Source: Eledone cirrhosa (Eukaryota). Taken from it: a DNA stretch of 64,000 nt. Positions 1 through 13,741 of the stretch are shown here, piece after piece. The notes under the pieces were generated by a model. That model worked only from the letters and a program-made list of their open reading frames with translations. It searched no databases and was not told the origin of the DNA. Location of the stretch: positions 57,784,001-57,848,000 of the forward strand of contig OZ024748.1 in assembly GCA_964016885.1 (NCBI GenBank). The letters run 5' to 3'. The first letter of the stretch is position 1. The number at the start of each line of letters is the position of its first letter. A program made the position numbers and the translations under genes.

Positions 1-72
<72 letters not shown>

Positions 73-77
<5 letters not shown>

Positions 78-207
78 AACTATCTGGTTGTGGAACCAAC
101 CAACCAACCAGAAATTTATAAATTTGTAAATATATAATAAATTGAAGTGAAAGCAACTGGTGCGTGTGTTTCTTATTGGCAACATGACCCTCCCAAAGTA
201 TAACAAT
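73..207 (+). mobile_element. Family B short non-coding element, 3' part (HHR/PLE-associated)
   Basis: Reverse complement of 63521-63666; also matches 37497-37640 and 52013-52063; ends cccaaagtataacaa into (TA)n. Confidence 0.7.
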
Positions 208-234
208 ATATATATATATATTTATATATATATA

Positions 235-431
235 TAGGAACGAGTAGGACCCCGACGGCTGAGCTCTAGCCGTTTCGACGGATACTTCTGGACTAATCCA
301 GAATTAGCCGTCGAAACGGCTTGAACTCAGCCGTCGGGGTCCTACTCGTTCCTATTACCCAGTCTACTACCTTAGTATTGAGTACTTTGGTGCGTTATGG
401 TCCATCTGGTTCCTTACCACATTTCCTTTGT

Positions 432-433
<2 letters not shown>
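235..433 (+). mobile_element. Family A fold-back element (~60 bp arms plus ~80 bp tail) in (TA)n
   Basis: taggaacgagtaggaccccgacggctgag...gtttcgacgg / gccgtcgaaacggc...ggggtcctactcgttccta; homologues at 35702, 38379, 49668, 52131 and 56306. Confidence 0.85.
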
Positions 434-459
<26 letters not shown>

Positions 460-465
<6 letters not shown>

Positions 466-537
466 AGTATGTGTACGTACATACATATATGTATACAGAC
501 GTACAGTAGTATGTATATATATATATATACATACATG

Positions 538-620
<83 letters not shown>

Positions 621-1034
621 GTATGAATTGCCTGATCATTTATTATAATGATCGGTGTGTTTGTAAAGAAACATCGCGAATTAAGCCGTACAGTGTCTAG
701 CAGCCATCGTTGCTCATTTGTTCAACACTGACAAAGGAACGCTGTACTAGTTTCAAGCTTATTAGCTGTCGTTAGCAACGTATACCTTCCTGCCTGATGA
801 TTGAACGTCTGAAAGTATATACTTTCCTTATGCATATTAACGGATGAGCAGCCTAATTTGCATATCGAGTGAGTTAATCGGCCGGGGTACCGAAAACGAT
901 GAATCCATACGTACATATATATATGTGTGCATGTATGTACGTCTGTATACATATATGTATGTACGTATAAATACTTAATATTTAAGTAACAGCCGTACTA
1001 AGAGTGAGAAATGAAATTTCGTTTCATTTTTTCC

Positions 1035-1038
<4 letters not shown>
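460..1038 (-). mobile_element. Family C retrozyme-like element with inverted terminal segment
   Basis: 460-899 is the reverse complement of the 12.5-12.9 kb copy; 900-1038 is the same family's tail on the + strand. Confidence 0.75.
741..779 (-). ncRNA. Minimal hammerhead ribozyme, mutated core (CUAACGA)
   Basis: Minus strand: gttg CTAACGA cagctaataagctt GAAA ctag TA cagc; homologous to the intact motif at 12641. Confidence 0.65.
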
Positions 1039-1094
<56 letters not shown>

Positions 1095-1568
1095 CCAAAG
1101 ATTAGTATGGTTCGCTGCTTACCCAACGAATACAATAGATTAGAAGCACTCAACGATGGTTTTGTATATATAGACACAATTCATCACACATATATACACA
1201 CACAATCCATCATATATATATAGAGAGAGAGACACAATACATCACACATATATACACACACAATTCATCACATATATACACGCGTACAATTCATCACACA
1301 CGCGCACACATATATACATATTTATTTTCACAATTTATCACTCATATACACGCAATTCGTCACACGCACATACACACACACACACATACACACACATATA
1401 TATATATATACACACATATATAGACACAATTCATCACATATATATATACACACACAATTTATCACACATATATACACGCACAATTCATCACATATATATA
1501 TATATACATATGCAATTCTTCTAACACATATTTTTAGTTGATATTTAGGTAATACAACAACAACAAAA

Positions 1569-1616
<48 letters not shown>

Positions 1617-1747
1617 GCTACTACTACTGCTACTATTATTACTATTACTATTCTACTACTCTTCTTCCTAAAAACTATTCTTCTTTCATACTATTGAGAG
1701 AGAGAGAGAAGAGGCAGAGAGATATGAGAGAGAGCAAGTGTGAGGAG

Positions 1748-1785
<38 letters not shown>

Positions 1786-2178
1786 TGTGTGTGAAGGAAG
1801 GGGGGCTACATATAATGTTGTATACAGAGAATACAATGACAAAATCTATTAATGAAATTAACTTTAAGATGATGTCTATGTTTAGACATATTTTGGTGAG
1901 AGTTCAATCTATAAACTAAAGTATATTCACCAGGGTTTTGGATCCCCGTTGGTTCACACGACTGGCGTTTAAGTATTTCGATATTTGGAACAGTCTCTTC
2001 ATGAAGTTACCGTGCACGCAACTGAACATTTCACAGACACGTGTACCCTAAACGGGTTTCTTAAGCAAATTCAGCTTGGCCATGTCTGACAAAACTGGCT
2101 CTTTGAATTACAGACACAACACATTTTGTACCACTTGAGAACACTTCCTTTCTTTATTTTCCCCGTAACTTTGGAGAG

Positions 2179-2284
2179 AATCGTAGGGTAACCATATAAG
2201 ACGTTTAGTCGCCATATAATCGTAGGGTCGCCATATAAGACGTTTAGTCGCCATATAATCGTAGGGTCGCCATATAAGACGTTT
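2179..2284. repeat. 39-bp minisatellite, ~2.7 copies
   Basis: aatcgtagggtcgccatataagacgtttagtcgccatat repeated. Confidence 0.85.
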
Positions 2285-4039
2285 GTAGGTATTTGTATAT
2301 CTGGTGGAGCCAATCCCTTTCTATGTCTGTATACAACAGATTTCCTCCAGTGAAGGATAGAAAATGAGAGAGAATGGAAATCAGGAAGGTATATAGAGGA
2401 AGAACCGACCTAGTAGGTGAATTGTACTTATTGAACTCTAAACGATGAAAGGCAGAGTTGACCACTGTTGGATTTGAACTCAGGGGGCAGAGAGCAGGAA
2501 CGAATACTGGAAATCATTCTATTTGACGTTTTAACAACCCTGTTAATTCACCGCCTGAGTGAACTACATCAACATTATATGAAATGTCTTGCTCAACGCT
2601 AAAACACTCCAACTATAATCGATCTTACTACTTGACGATCGAAAAACAAACTCTAACCATTAATCCATACGCATGTTCTAAATGATTATATATTATTAGC
2701 GATCAGATATCTTTTCTGTTGTACACGTTCTCTTTGATCTTTCGAGATATCCTTGATTACACGAGAAGCCAATCTCATCTTATAATTTCAGATGTATTTT
2801 TTTTTCTTCGAATTTTTATCTTCAAAAATAATTTAATCTAGAATTTCCTTATGACGTTTAAATCGGGTTGTTTTTTCTACTTACAACGAATTAATTTAAA
2901 GTCGATTATATATTTACCCTAAACAACATATAGTTGTCTGTTTCAAAAGGATGACAGGAAGATATCTACTGTTGACATGTGTGAAAAAAAATGTTATAGA
3001 GTTAAATAGAAGAGAAACATTTGTTCATTAGTTGTACTTCAAAACAAGATATTGCAAAGAGAAGAATATTTGTAGCTCTTTAATCAGTCGGGGTGATCGC
3101 GTTTGTTTACCGATTGCTATTTACAGAAATTATATGAACGTAATGTATACTATAATCTGTACCATACTTTTAGTTATAGCCTACTGCATGTCCTGATTAT
3201 ACATGTAACAGACTCTCTCAGTGAATAGAGGAACAGGTTAATAAATAACTCAACATCGTGTATGTAGTACAATGTCTTGTTTCTAAAACTGAAAAAGTTT
3301 AGGGAGTTTGTACACTAACCTTAATCAGCTCTTGCATTTAACTGATTCTGATTTTATGAAGACTACGTGATACGAGATGCAAAGTGTGGCACAAGGGAAT
3401 AGACATTTATAATTAATTAATGTGTCACTGAATACCACAATTTATTCCCGCAAGCACAACCCGCTACATATTTGTAAATCTATGCCGTTTATAACTATTC
3501 CTTGAATGTTACAACAAATGATGTTTGTTTATAGAGGAAAGCGCATTAACATTTATATGACAGTACTTGCAAGTAAATGATGTTATAGCTTTTACATAAT
3601 GATCTCGAAATGCAATGCAGTGGAAAGAAAATAAAATAGTCGCTCCAACTACTTGGCTTCAGTAGTAGTTAATGTAATTTGATCAATACTCCACTGAATA
3701 TTCTATCACGTATATACAATTGCATTCTTCATATTTAACTTTAGAACGTCAGGAAATTCAGCAAAGAAAAGCAGGAAAAATAGCTTCGTAGTCAAAAATT
3801 CAGTAGGTAACGAATTATAGTTTTACTAAGATTGACTAGTTGAATAATTTAATCACTGCATACAGACATAATATGGACACACACAAATACACACAACACA
3901 CACACACACTTACACACACACACACACACACACATATCATATTGCTAGGTTGGATATACTAGGTTCGATATAATATATCAGTTAGTTGCTTGGCTGGTGT
4001 TCTCCTAAGAACATCGGACCTAGGGAAAGCCACCCTGTA

Positions 4040-4225
4040 ATAATTATTTCTACTTTTGGCACAAGGACAGAAATTATTCCCGTTATTACTGGTACTTTAT
4101 TTTATCGACCCCGTAAGGATGAAAAGCAAAGTTAGCCTCGGCGGGATTTGAACTCAGACCATAAAGGGTTGTAACTCTTTGATGCAAAGCATGGCGTCCA
4201 ACCCTCTACTGATACTTCCAATCCA
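4040..4225 (-). mobile_element. tRNA-derived SINE copy
   Basis: Reverse complement of the shared gagttcaaatcccgccgagg...gataaaataaagtaccagtaa core. Confidence 0.8.
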
Positions 4226-6031
4226 CTGCCCTGCCAAGCCAGCCTGTAATAATGCACATGTATGTAGTCAGGATAACATCCTTTATTCTGCCTGATTTTC
4301 CTGACGCTTTTAACCATGCCCTATATTTTTTGCAATTTGGTTTGCTCAGAGAAATTACCTGGTTAATATGAAGAGAAGAAAACTATGGACTAGTTATTTT
4401 AACACAGTGTTCATGTACTGTATTCTACTGGAATAAATAATCTATTGGACAACAATACCATGTTATATTTTAAAGTCTGTTTGTACACTACTGTCTTGAC
4501 AGTGAGGCTGAAAAAAGCAGAATAAACCGACAGCAACATGTGACTTGGCATTTCAGATAACGGCAGACTGATGGAGACCGATGGTGCGATTCAAACAGTG
4601 GGGGGGGGGGGGGGGGTCTGAAATACTCAATAATTCCTCAAAACTCCTACATGTGCTTTCCAAATGTCATATAACAGTCATCATCAAATAAATAATAATT
4701 TAAACCAATGCTCAATATTTCAACGCTACATCTGAATTTGAGGCTTCCAGTAGTTGAGATGTTTGGTGTTTATAGGTCAGCGGGCGCACCTCATTATTTG
4801 CACATCTAATAGATGTACAGCGATTTACTGCACTGAGTAGACTGAGTACACTGTTAAAGCTTTGTAGAATGTTCTCGCCTCTGTAGGAATCTCTTCTATT
4901 GAAGTTGATATAGTATTTAGTGTGTTTAAATCACTACCATGAGATCGTGAATTCCATTTCTAACTCGTTGGACAAGTTGTATCCCTAATGAAGACGTCAC
5001 TACGCGTCGCTCCAGTACCCTATGCAGTAAAGAAACGAGAAACAGCATTAGTTAGATAGTAATTGTTTAAGGGACTGCCCAACCTCATTCATAGACGTGC
5101 AACTGTACTCAGTTCCTTAATTCCATGAGAACAGGAATAAAGTTCAGCGTAATTAACCTGTCGGTTTATGACTTTCATAAATCACTTTCTACAACACTAC
5201 GTTTGCAGACGACATTCCACAGAGATTTACCGACGTAGAAGCAATACATTATTGTCTTTCTTACTTTATAGAGTGTCGATGATAGTCTTGAATAGCTGTT
5301 AACCCAGAAATATTTCTCTTAATTGCATCTCATAGGATTTCTGGAGAAGAAAAAGAGTACATTAAACAAACAATTTATAGATTACAGAACAAATATATAA
5401 ATACTGTTAAAAGGCGTGTTACACAAATGTTTTCACTCAATAACTTTTTAATAACTTCAGATTAGAAGAATTTATAAATGTGTCTTTATATTTGAACTTG
5501 ATAGCCTAAAGTAAGACGTGCTAGTAGTTTACGAGATTATATACATATTTAAGCGAAGCACAAGTTTAACTCCAATAAAAAAAAGAAATAAATATTTTAT
5601 TCGTTAATAATCAAATTTACAAAAATGTTTGGCAGAGTCGTTGCAGCATCCTAGAGGGTCGTCTTCGAGCTGTGTTTAGATAATATAGAGATTATCATTG
5701 TTTCCATAATCCAGGGGAAATTGATTGTATACTCATCCAAAATAGGGTTCAGATTGTTCATTCACTCCTTCTCTCCCTCCCTATATGTCAGACACTCTCT
5801 TTCTCCTTCTCCCTGTTTAGAAGAAAAAACCATATACACACACAATCATATATATATACGCACATATATACACATATATACATACATACACACACACATA
5901 CATATACCCGAACGCACACTCACACATGTATGTAGATACACATACACATATATACATATATATATATATATACACGCACACACACACACACATGTATATA
6001 TATATATATATAATATATATGTATATATAAA

Positions 6032-7192
6032 TCTGTATATATATAAAATTAAGTGTGTGTGTGTGTCTATGTATTACTTATAGGGGCCTACATCTTATGA
6101 CCGATTTTCATGAAACTTTTCAGGCTCATAGATTAGTCATCGGGGAGTGTTTTCCGTATATCAGCATATCGTCCTTTTTTTCCGGATTCATTCTGTAGAT
6201 AAAAATCCATAGGGGCCTCACCTTTTTTTAGGTATCGAAAAATAAGGTTTTTGGCTCTAGCTCCCACATTTTGCCACCGATTTTCCTCAAATCTGAAAAG
6301 CAAAATTGAATTTACCATTGCACATCCTGTAATGGCTTTATATTTTGAATTTGTTGTTCAGGCACGGCGTGGCAGCAGCTTAAATATTCAAAAATACCAC
6401 TTTTAGACTCAAATTTCTACCTTTTCAGCTCTAGCTCCCACATTAATCAACCTACTTTGTTCAAATTTTACACTACGCTAGATCTGATTATTTCACGTCT
6501 TAAAGTGGCTCTACATTTTGAATGTTATGTTCAGGAACGGCGTGGCAGCCACTTAAATATTCTAAAATACCACTTTTTCGCTCAACTTTCCGCCCTTTCG
6601 GCTCTAGCTCCACATTTTTCAACCGATTTCGTTCAAATTCGAAACTTCGCCTCCACCTCACACATTAATCAATTTATGTGGTTCAACCTTTATACTACGA
6701 TAGAACCTATCATTGCACATCTTATAGTAGCTTTAAACTTTGCATTTTTTGTTCAGGGACGGCGACCTATCATTAGCTCCCACATTTTTCAACCGATTTC
6801 GTTCAAATTCGAAACTTCGACTCCATCTCACACATAAATCAATTTATTTGGTTCTACGATAGAACCTATCATTGCACATCTTATAGATGGTCAAAGGAAA
6901 AACGATGGCCACTGACGTCATCTGAGCTTTTAGTTGTGTATTTGAGAATTCATCGGTTTCCAATCAAGTAGCTTGAGGAAATTTGGCTTCGTGTTAGAGA
7001 TCATTACCTCCGTCCCCTGACATGCCCCTTCGTCAGTCACCAGCGTTTCTCAGTGATAGAGGTCACCCCCCCCCCGCATGGCCTGTGTGTGGCCATAGAT
7101 GAGTCATCGAGACGCAGTCGCTAAGATCAACACCATTTCATCAAAGCAGATATTATTTTACCTACCCAGGCAACGCTAGGTACTGCTGCTAG
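6032..7192 (+). mobile_element. Non-autonomous Helitron with internal ~170-180 bp tandem repeats
   Basis: A|TC 5' end (atctgtatatatataaaa...ccgattttcatgaaact); 3' hairpin tacccaggcaacgctaggta then CTAG|T; repeated tagctcccacatt units near 6250, 6425, 6600 and 6775. Confidence 0.75.
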
Positions 7193-7494
7193 TATATATA
7201 TAAAGCCATTAGCGGAGAAAGATGGACTGACAATATGACTTCCTTCTCTGAAAGAAAAACGTATGTGAAAATTAACTTTTCTTCCCCTCTATATATTTTC
7301 TTTTTTTCTCTTTTTGTTATCATTATCCCCACTACTTGTATAAAATATGCAACTAAACAATATTCTGCATAACCACAATTGATAATGCATTTAATGCTGA
7401 AACCGGTATTATATTAATGCTTTCAAATTTCACTAAATATATCGCTTCAACATTTTCTACAGGAAAAAAAACATTTTCCTATCTACTATTTGTT

Positions 7495-7567
<73 letters not shown>

Positions 7568-8090
7568 CAACAACAGTAAGTGCTATATTTTTCATTCTAT
7601 CGGGAATAGAATGTTGGGAAGGGATGCATAATTTTGGTTATATAACTCCACAATAGCATAATCAGCTATGCACCAACAGGCTTCGAAAATATCATGAGAA
7701 TATATTCATTTTATTTCTATATATTTATGTAGATGTTAATCCTTGTATTCTATTGAAGGAATCATTCGTGGTAATGGTATTTATCATGTTTATGTAACCG
7801 TTAATTATTCTTACAGACCTCCGTGCGCTCTAGCAGAGGTGATTAGCTTACACAACAATGTAGTTATTGAAGTGTGCGTAATTTTCGGTTACAGGTTCTT
7901 TCACTCCGTTGTAAATGGCATTAAGATGAAAAATACTTTTCTTTCATCTAACGACGTCAAAAGGGCTGGTCAACTACTGAACGGGAAAGAATAATGGATT
8001 GACTACCACGCATAGCCGGAACATACAAATACACTTACAGACATATACACACGCACGCACATAGACATACACACATACACACACACACAC

Positions 8091-8132
<42 letters not shown>

Positions 8133-8174
8133 GTGTGTCTGTGTGTGTATAAATATATATATGCATATATATAT

Positions 8175-8252
8175 AGGTATTGAAGTTTCCGTTGAAAATT
8201 GAAAAATAGGAGTGAAGTGTGCTCTATGTAATTATTAGAGCTAAATTTTATG
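8175..8252 (+). mobile_element. Fragment homologous to the 5' end of the 26.8-28.3 kb PLE
   Basis: gtattgaagtttccgttgaaaattgaaaa...gtgctctatgta...agagctaaattt is the reverse complement of 28232-28310. Confidence 0.7.
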
Positions 8253-8836
8253 TATAATAAACAATACAATATAATTACCTCATTACCAGAGGTTTCCCGA
8301 ATAAGACGAATACAAAAAACATCCTCGTTCGTTCATCGGACAAGGCAATTTAAAGCATATCGAGGAATGATCGAGGAATCCTGATCGAGGAATCCTTCCG
8401 CCTTTACCCCTCCCTCCATCTCCGTTTGTCACTCTACTTCCTAATTCTTCTGCCCCTTACCCTCTCTCTATACTAGTAAATACAATTCCAAAAAAATGTT
8501 TTTTTATATATTAAGGCCTTTTTACGAGTAACTTATTCATTATTTTGAAAATTGGAGGTGAACAACAATTATTATTGAGTGGCTGCTATTTGAAGTATAG
8601 CGATATAAGGTTGCACTTACCAATGAAACGGTCGTAAATACCTGGATAAAATCATTTTTCTTATGCTTACCTGTGTTTTCTCTTTTATTCTTTATACACC
8701 AAGATTGAACGTGATTCTTACAAACTTGTGGAGTTACCCCTAACCGAACGTTGAAACCGTCCAAGAAACTGGCTATCTTAACCACGAACAGGATTACAAT
8801 AAGCAATTTTCTGCTTTCCTAACTATATATATATAT

Positions 8837-8977
8837 ATTGTTATACTTGGGGAGGGTCATATTTGTGTAATAATATTGCAAGAATTAATAACAGAACGCA
8901 CTCACTGATTAGTTGGTTTTCGCTTCTGTATGTTTTATATCGGCTAATTTAATTTATTCGGTCCTCAATGTTACCAT
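8837..8977 (-). mobile_element. Family B variant terminus
   Basis: tattgttatacttggggagggtcatatttgtgtaat shared with 28333 and 43611. Confidence 0.7.
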
Positions 8978-9079
8978 TTATATATATATATATATAATTT
9001 ATATGTGTATATACTTATATAACAATATATATACATACATATATATGTGTAATGTATATGTGTATATATTTATATAACA

Positions 9080-9144
<65 letters not shown>

Positions 9145-9267
9145 TACATATATATGTGTAATTTATATGTGTATATATTTATATAACAATATATATACAT
9201 ATATATGTGTAATTTATATGTGTATATATTTATATAACAATATATAACAATATATATATATATATAT

Positions 9268-9870
9268 AAAACATGAGAAGAAAGAAGAATACTGCGTGGT
9301 CGCACATGGGTTTACATATAATAAAATTAGTCCCTCGTCAGTGATTTGCCAACCATCATTGATATTTCATCGCTTTAAAAATCATATACCTCATGTTGTT
9401 GCGAGCAATAACTCAAAAAATCTATTGGGACAAGTAAATCGCGTAAAGCGAGTGGGACAAGTAAACAACATAGAAGGATAAAAGCAAACCGAAGATAGGA
9501 AAATAAACAAGCAACATGGTTATCCGGTCAGCATCAACAGGGTGGATTTCATGAGCGATCAAGATAAAGACCGTCCGTGGTGAGTGAGATGTGAGCAAGA
9601 AGTGACCCCACTACTAGCCAAACGGGAGGAAGTGAGAAGGGGAGAAACAGAGAGTGAGGGAGTGGAAGTGCGAGGAAGAGGTCAGTCGAGAGAAAGTGTA
9701 ACTGACAGAGGGGGCGAAAGAAGGTGAGAGCAACAGAGAGAACGGGGAAGCAGTAAGAGAGAAACAAACAAACGCAGCCGAGGTAAATATGTATAAAAAA
9801 CATGAGAAGAAAGAAGAATACTGCGTGGCTGCACATGGGTTACATATGATAAAATTAGTCACTCGTCAGT
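9268..9870. mobile_element. Family D-like element: one ~530 bp unit with ~75 bp direct terminal repeat
   Basis: aaaacatgagaagaaagaagaatactgcgtgg...ctcgtcagt at 9268 and 9797; shares motifs with the 19.4-21.2 kb array. Confidence 0.7.
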
Positions 9871-9876
9871 ATCTTG

Positions 9877-9925
<49 letters not shown>

Positions 9926-10975
9926 GATTGCCTTAGGGCTAATAATGGAGATGTCCTCATCACATTATACCAATCACATTGAAGTGATTAATTAAAAGAT
10001 AATATTCAATAAGACACCTGTTTGATAATTACAATCACAATCGATATTATTGATATAATTCTCGTGTGAAATTTCTTCTAAATACTTCTCATCAACCAAT
10101 CATCATGTTGGTAATACGTGGTTATGCAGTCAAAATATAATATAATAGAAACAATAGTCTGATCATTTCCCCTACGTTCAAACCTTTATAATTTCATTTC
10201 TATCATTAAGTATATTTACCGTCAAAAAAAGATGGTAAAATTTAACTTATATGTAAAATACGTATCGGTCATTCAGAGCCTGTCTATTTCAAACAATATT
10301 AACTGAGGTGTCATTTATTGATGTATTTATTCCTTTATTTAATTGTAAATCTTTGGTTTTTACATTATTTCGTCATCACAGAAGAGAATCGACCTAGTAG
10401 ATACATGAGCGTTATATAATTAATAGAAATTACATTATTTCTAGAAAATCTGATGGAAGGATACAACTTAGCACTATTTGATCTGTTGTTGAACAGAGCT
10501 TGCTGTATGAGCTAAGAGATAAAATATTGGTTTTCTCTTGAGACAAGTGAACTATATATTATAGTTTGATATAATTGGACATAATAAAATCCATGCTTTT
10601 CCCACGGGCTTACATTTCTAAATGTGAACCGAAAGATACAAGCTGACAGACACAGCCATATATATATATATATATGTTCAACTACCTACTTTTCTCTATA
10701 TATATCTATCTCTATCTATTTCCTCTCTCTATATATATCTCTCTCTGTTTCTTTACATGAAGTTATTCTCTTTATCTATCTTTCCATCTCTCTATTTTGT
10801 TGCATGCATTTCTTCTTTTTCTTCTTTTTCTTCGTTTTCTTTCTTTCTTTCCTTCTTTCTCTCTTTCTTTCTTTCTGTTTACAATTTTTCACTGCCAAAT
10901 CAACTTTTTCAAATACAAGTCGATGTTGAACGGTATGTCAAATCTATTTATCTATAAAACTGTCTATATTGTATT

Positions 10976-11033
10976 TTGTCTGAGGAAGGCATAACATATT
11001 GTTAATATGATATCCCTGAAATATATATAATGA
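10976..11033 (+). ncRNA. Type I hammerhead ribozyme motif (family E)
   Basis: ttgt CTGAGGA aggcataacatatt-gtt-aatatgatatccct GAAA tatata TA atga; tail shared with 38.1 kb and 48.1 kb copies. Confidence 0.65.
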
Positions 11034-11077
11034 AATAAATATGGTTTTATAAATATAGTTTCCATTTATTTAATATC

Positions 11078-11154
<77 letters not shown>

Positions 11155-11261
11155 TAAAGGGAAAAGAAAATGCTGACAAATTGTTCCCAGTGAAAAATAG
11201 TTTAATTAGGAATAAGTAAAAATCAGTAATAGTATTGGTTAGTATTCAGTTTTGGTTTTAA

Positions 11262-11298
11262 GTTTTACCGGTTGCGCATTTCTAATGCTTTTCAAAAA
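11262..11298 (-). ncRNA. Degenerate minimal hammerhead with U3-A8 core (family F)
   Basis: Minus strand: ttt TTGAAAA gcatt-aga-aatgc GCAA ccgg TA aaac; element tail repeated at 56888-57005. Confidence 0.45.
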
Positions 11299-11555
11299 TA
11301 ATTTTGAGATAGAGCGCCCCTGATGTTTGCTCTAATCTGATTAGTTTTGGAAATTTTACCTGTTTTACGTGAAAAAATTGGCTCCAGATGTATTAAAATA
11401 AGTTTCGCGCCAATTCGTGTTGCAAACATTCTTGTGGTCAAAACAATTTTGATTGGACTGTAGAGGTCATGTGAATGTTAAAAATTGATTTTGCGCCAAA
11501 TGTAGGTTTGTGTCGGCTGATTGAGAAGTCACTGAAATATAAGTCTTTCAAAACA

Positions 11556-11589
<34 letters not shown>

Positions 11590-11682
11590 TAGTAGTAGTA
11601 AAGAGGTTCGTTGTTGTGATAATGGTCAGCAGGGATGTGTGTGCGAACCGCAGCCTGTTGACAGTTCAAATGCCTACTAAGA

Positions 11683-11719
<37 letters not shown>

Positions 11720-12338
11720 CTCTTTGTATGTTAATGTACGCGTGTGTATTGGGGGGTATATATATGTGTGTGTATATATATGTGTGTGTGTATATATGTG
11801 TGTGTATATATGTGTGTGTGTGTGTGTTTGTGTGTGGGTGGACCAGTATTTTTGTGATACTGGTAAAAATGGTGTACATTATTCGATATTTTCAGTAACA
11901 ACGATTCTCTCAATAGAACATCAAAAACCTTAATAATAAACGGTGTGAAATGATATATAGTATTGGCATAATACCAAGGTATGTGTGAGTGTCCAGATTG
12001 TACGTACTGCAAGGGGAATCCATTAGGCCTTGCCGTATTGGAATACTTGTGTACAAATATGTATGTGCCCATCAGTGTGCAATGCATGTGTGCGTTTATG
12101 TATGTGTGTGTGTCGGCACGTTTATATCTATAGACATCAAAAGGTATGCAAATTTGTGTATATTTGTGTTGCACCATAGAACATGTGTGTTTACGTAGGT
12201 CATTGTGTTTATATGTGGATAGAGATGTATGGTGATGTAGGTATGTATGTTGACGTGTGTATATTGTATATACTTTTAAATATATATATATATACATGTA
12301 TATAATAACATATAATTATATATACATGTACATATATA

Positions 12339-12410
<72 letters not shown>

Positions 12411-12424
12411 TATATACATACTAT

Positions 12425-12820
12425 TTTACGTCTGTATATATATATATATGTACGTGTACATACTTATATTTAAGTAACAGTCGTACTAAGAGTGGGAAAT
12501 GGAATTTCGTTTCATTTTTTCCGTTTATCGTTTTCGCTGCACACGGCCGATTAACCCACTCGATATGCAAATTGGGCTACTCAGCCGTTATTATGCATAA
12601 GGTAAGTATATACGTTCAACAATCTGGCAGGAAGGTATATGTTGCTGACGATAGCTAATAAGCTTGAAACTAGTACAGCGTTCCTTTGTCAGTGTTGAAC
12701 AAACGAGCAACGATGGTTGCTAGACACTACGGCTTAATACGGGATGTTTGTTTACAAACACACCGAGCATTATAATAACTGTTCGGTGAATCCATACGTA
12801 CATGTATATATGTGTGCATG

Positions 12821-12852
<32 letters not shown>

Positions 12853-12968
12853 GATAGATATACATACTACTGTACGTCTGTATACATATATGTATGTACG
12901 TGTACATACTTATATTTAAGTAACAGCCGTACTAAGAGTGGGAAATGAAATTTGTTTTCATTTATCCG

Positions 12969-12972
<4 letters not shown>
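12425..12972 (+). mobile_element. Family C retrozyme-like element with direct terminal repeats
   Basis: tacttatatttaagtaacag.cgtactaagagtgggaaatg repeated at ~12461 and ~12907; internal HHR; no ORF; flanked by (TA)n. Confidence 0.8.
12641..12679 (+). ncRNA. Minimal type I hammerhead ribozyme
   Basis: gttg CTGACGA t agct-aata-agct t GAAA ctag TA cagc: canonical core, stems I and II, palindromic ACTAGT stem III, GUA site. Confidence 0.8.
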
Positions 12973-13038
<66 letters not shown>

Positions 13039-13053
13039 CATCTATATATATAC

Positions 13054-13104
<51 letters not shown>

Positions 13105-13133
13105 CATCTATATATATATATACATATATATAT

Positions 13134-13168
<35 letters not shown>

Positions 13169-13292
13169 CATATATATATGTATTGTGTATATATATATAT
13201 AAATATGTATATATATATACATATATATTTATATATATATATACATATATATTTATATATAAATATATATATATATACAATACATATATGTA

Positions 13293-13346
<54 letters not shown>

Positions 13347-13468
13347 TATTTGTATATATATATATATATATGTATACATATATATATATATGGATGTTTA
13401 TGTATATATATGTATATATATATATGTATCTGTATGTATATATATGTATATACATATGCATGTATATG

Positions 13469-13521
<53 letters not shown>

Positions 13522-13564
13522 GTATCTGTATGTATATATATGTATATACATATGCATGTATATG

Positions 13565-13626
<62 letters not shown>

Positions 13627-13741
13627 CATATATATGTATATATATATATGTATGCATATATATGTATATATATATATGTATGTATATGTGTATATATATA
13701 TATGTGTATATGTATGTATATATATGTATATATATATATAT

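Noticed and set aside
790-830. ctgatga...gaaagtatatac as a + strand hammerhead
   Set aside because: Stems I and II do not pair; the family's HHR is on the other strand
2179-2284. CRISPR-like repeat
   Set aside because: No unique spacers; eukaryotic minisatellite
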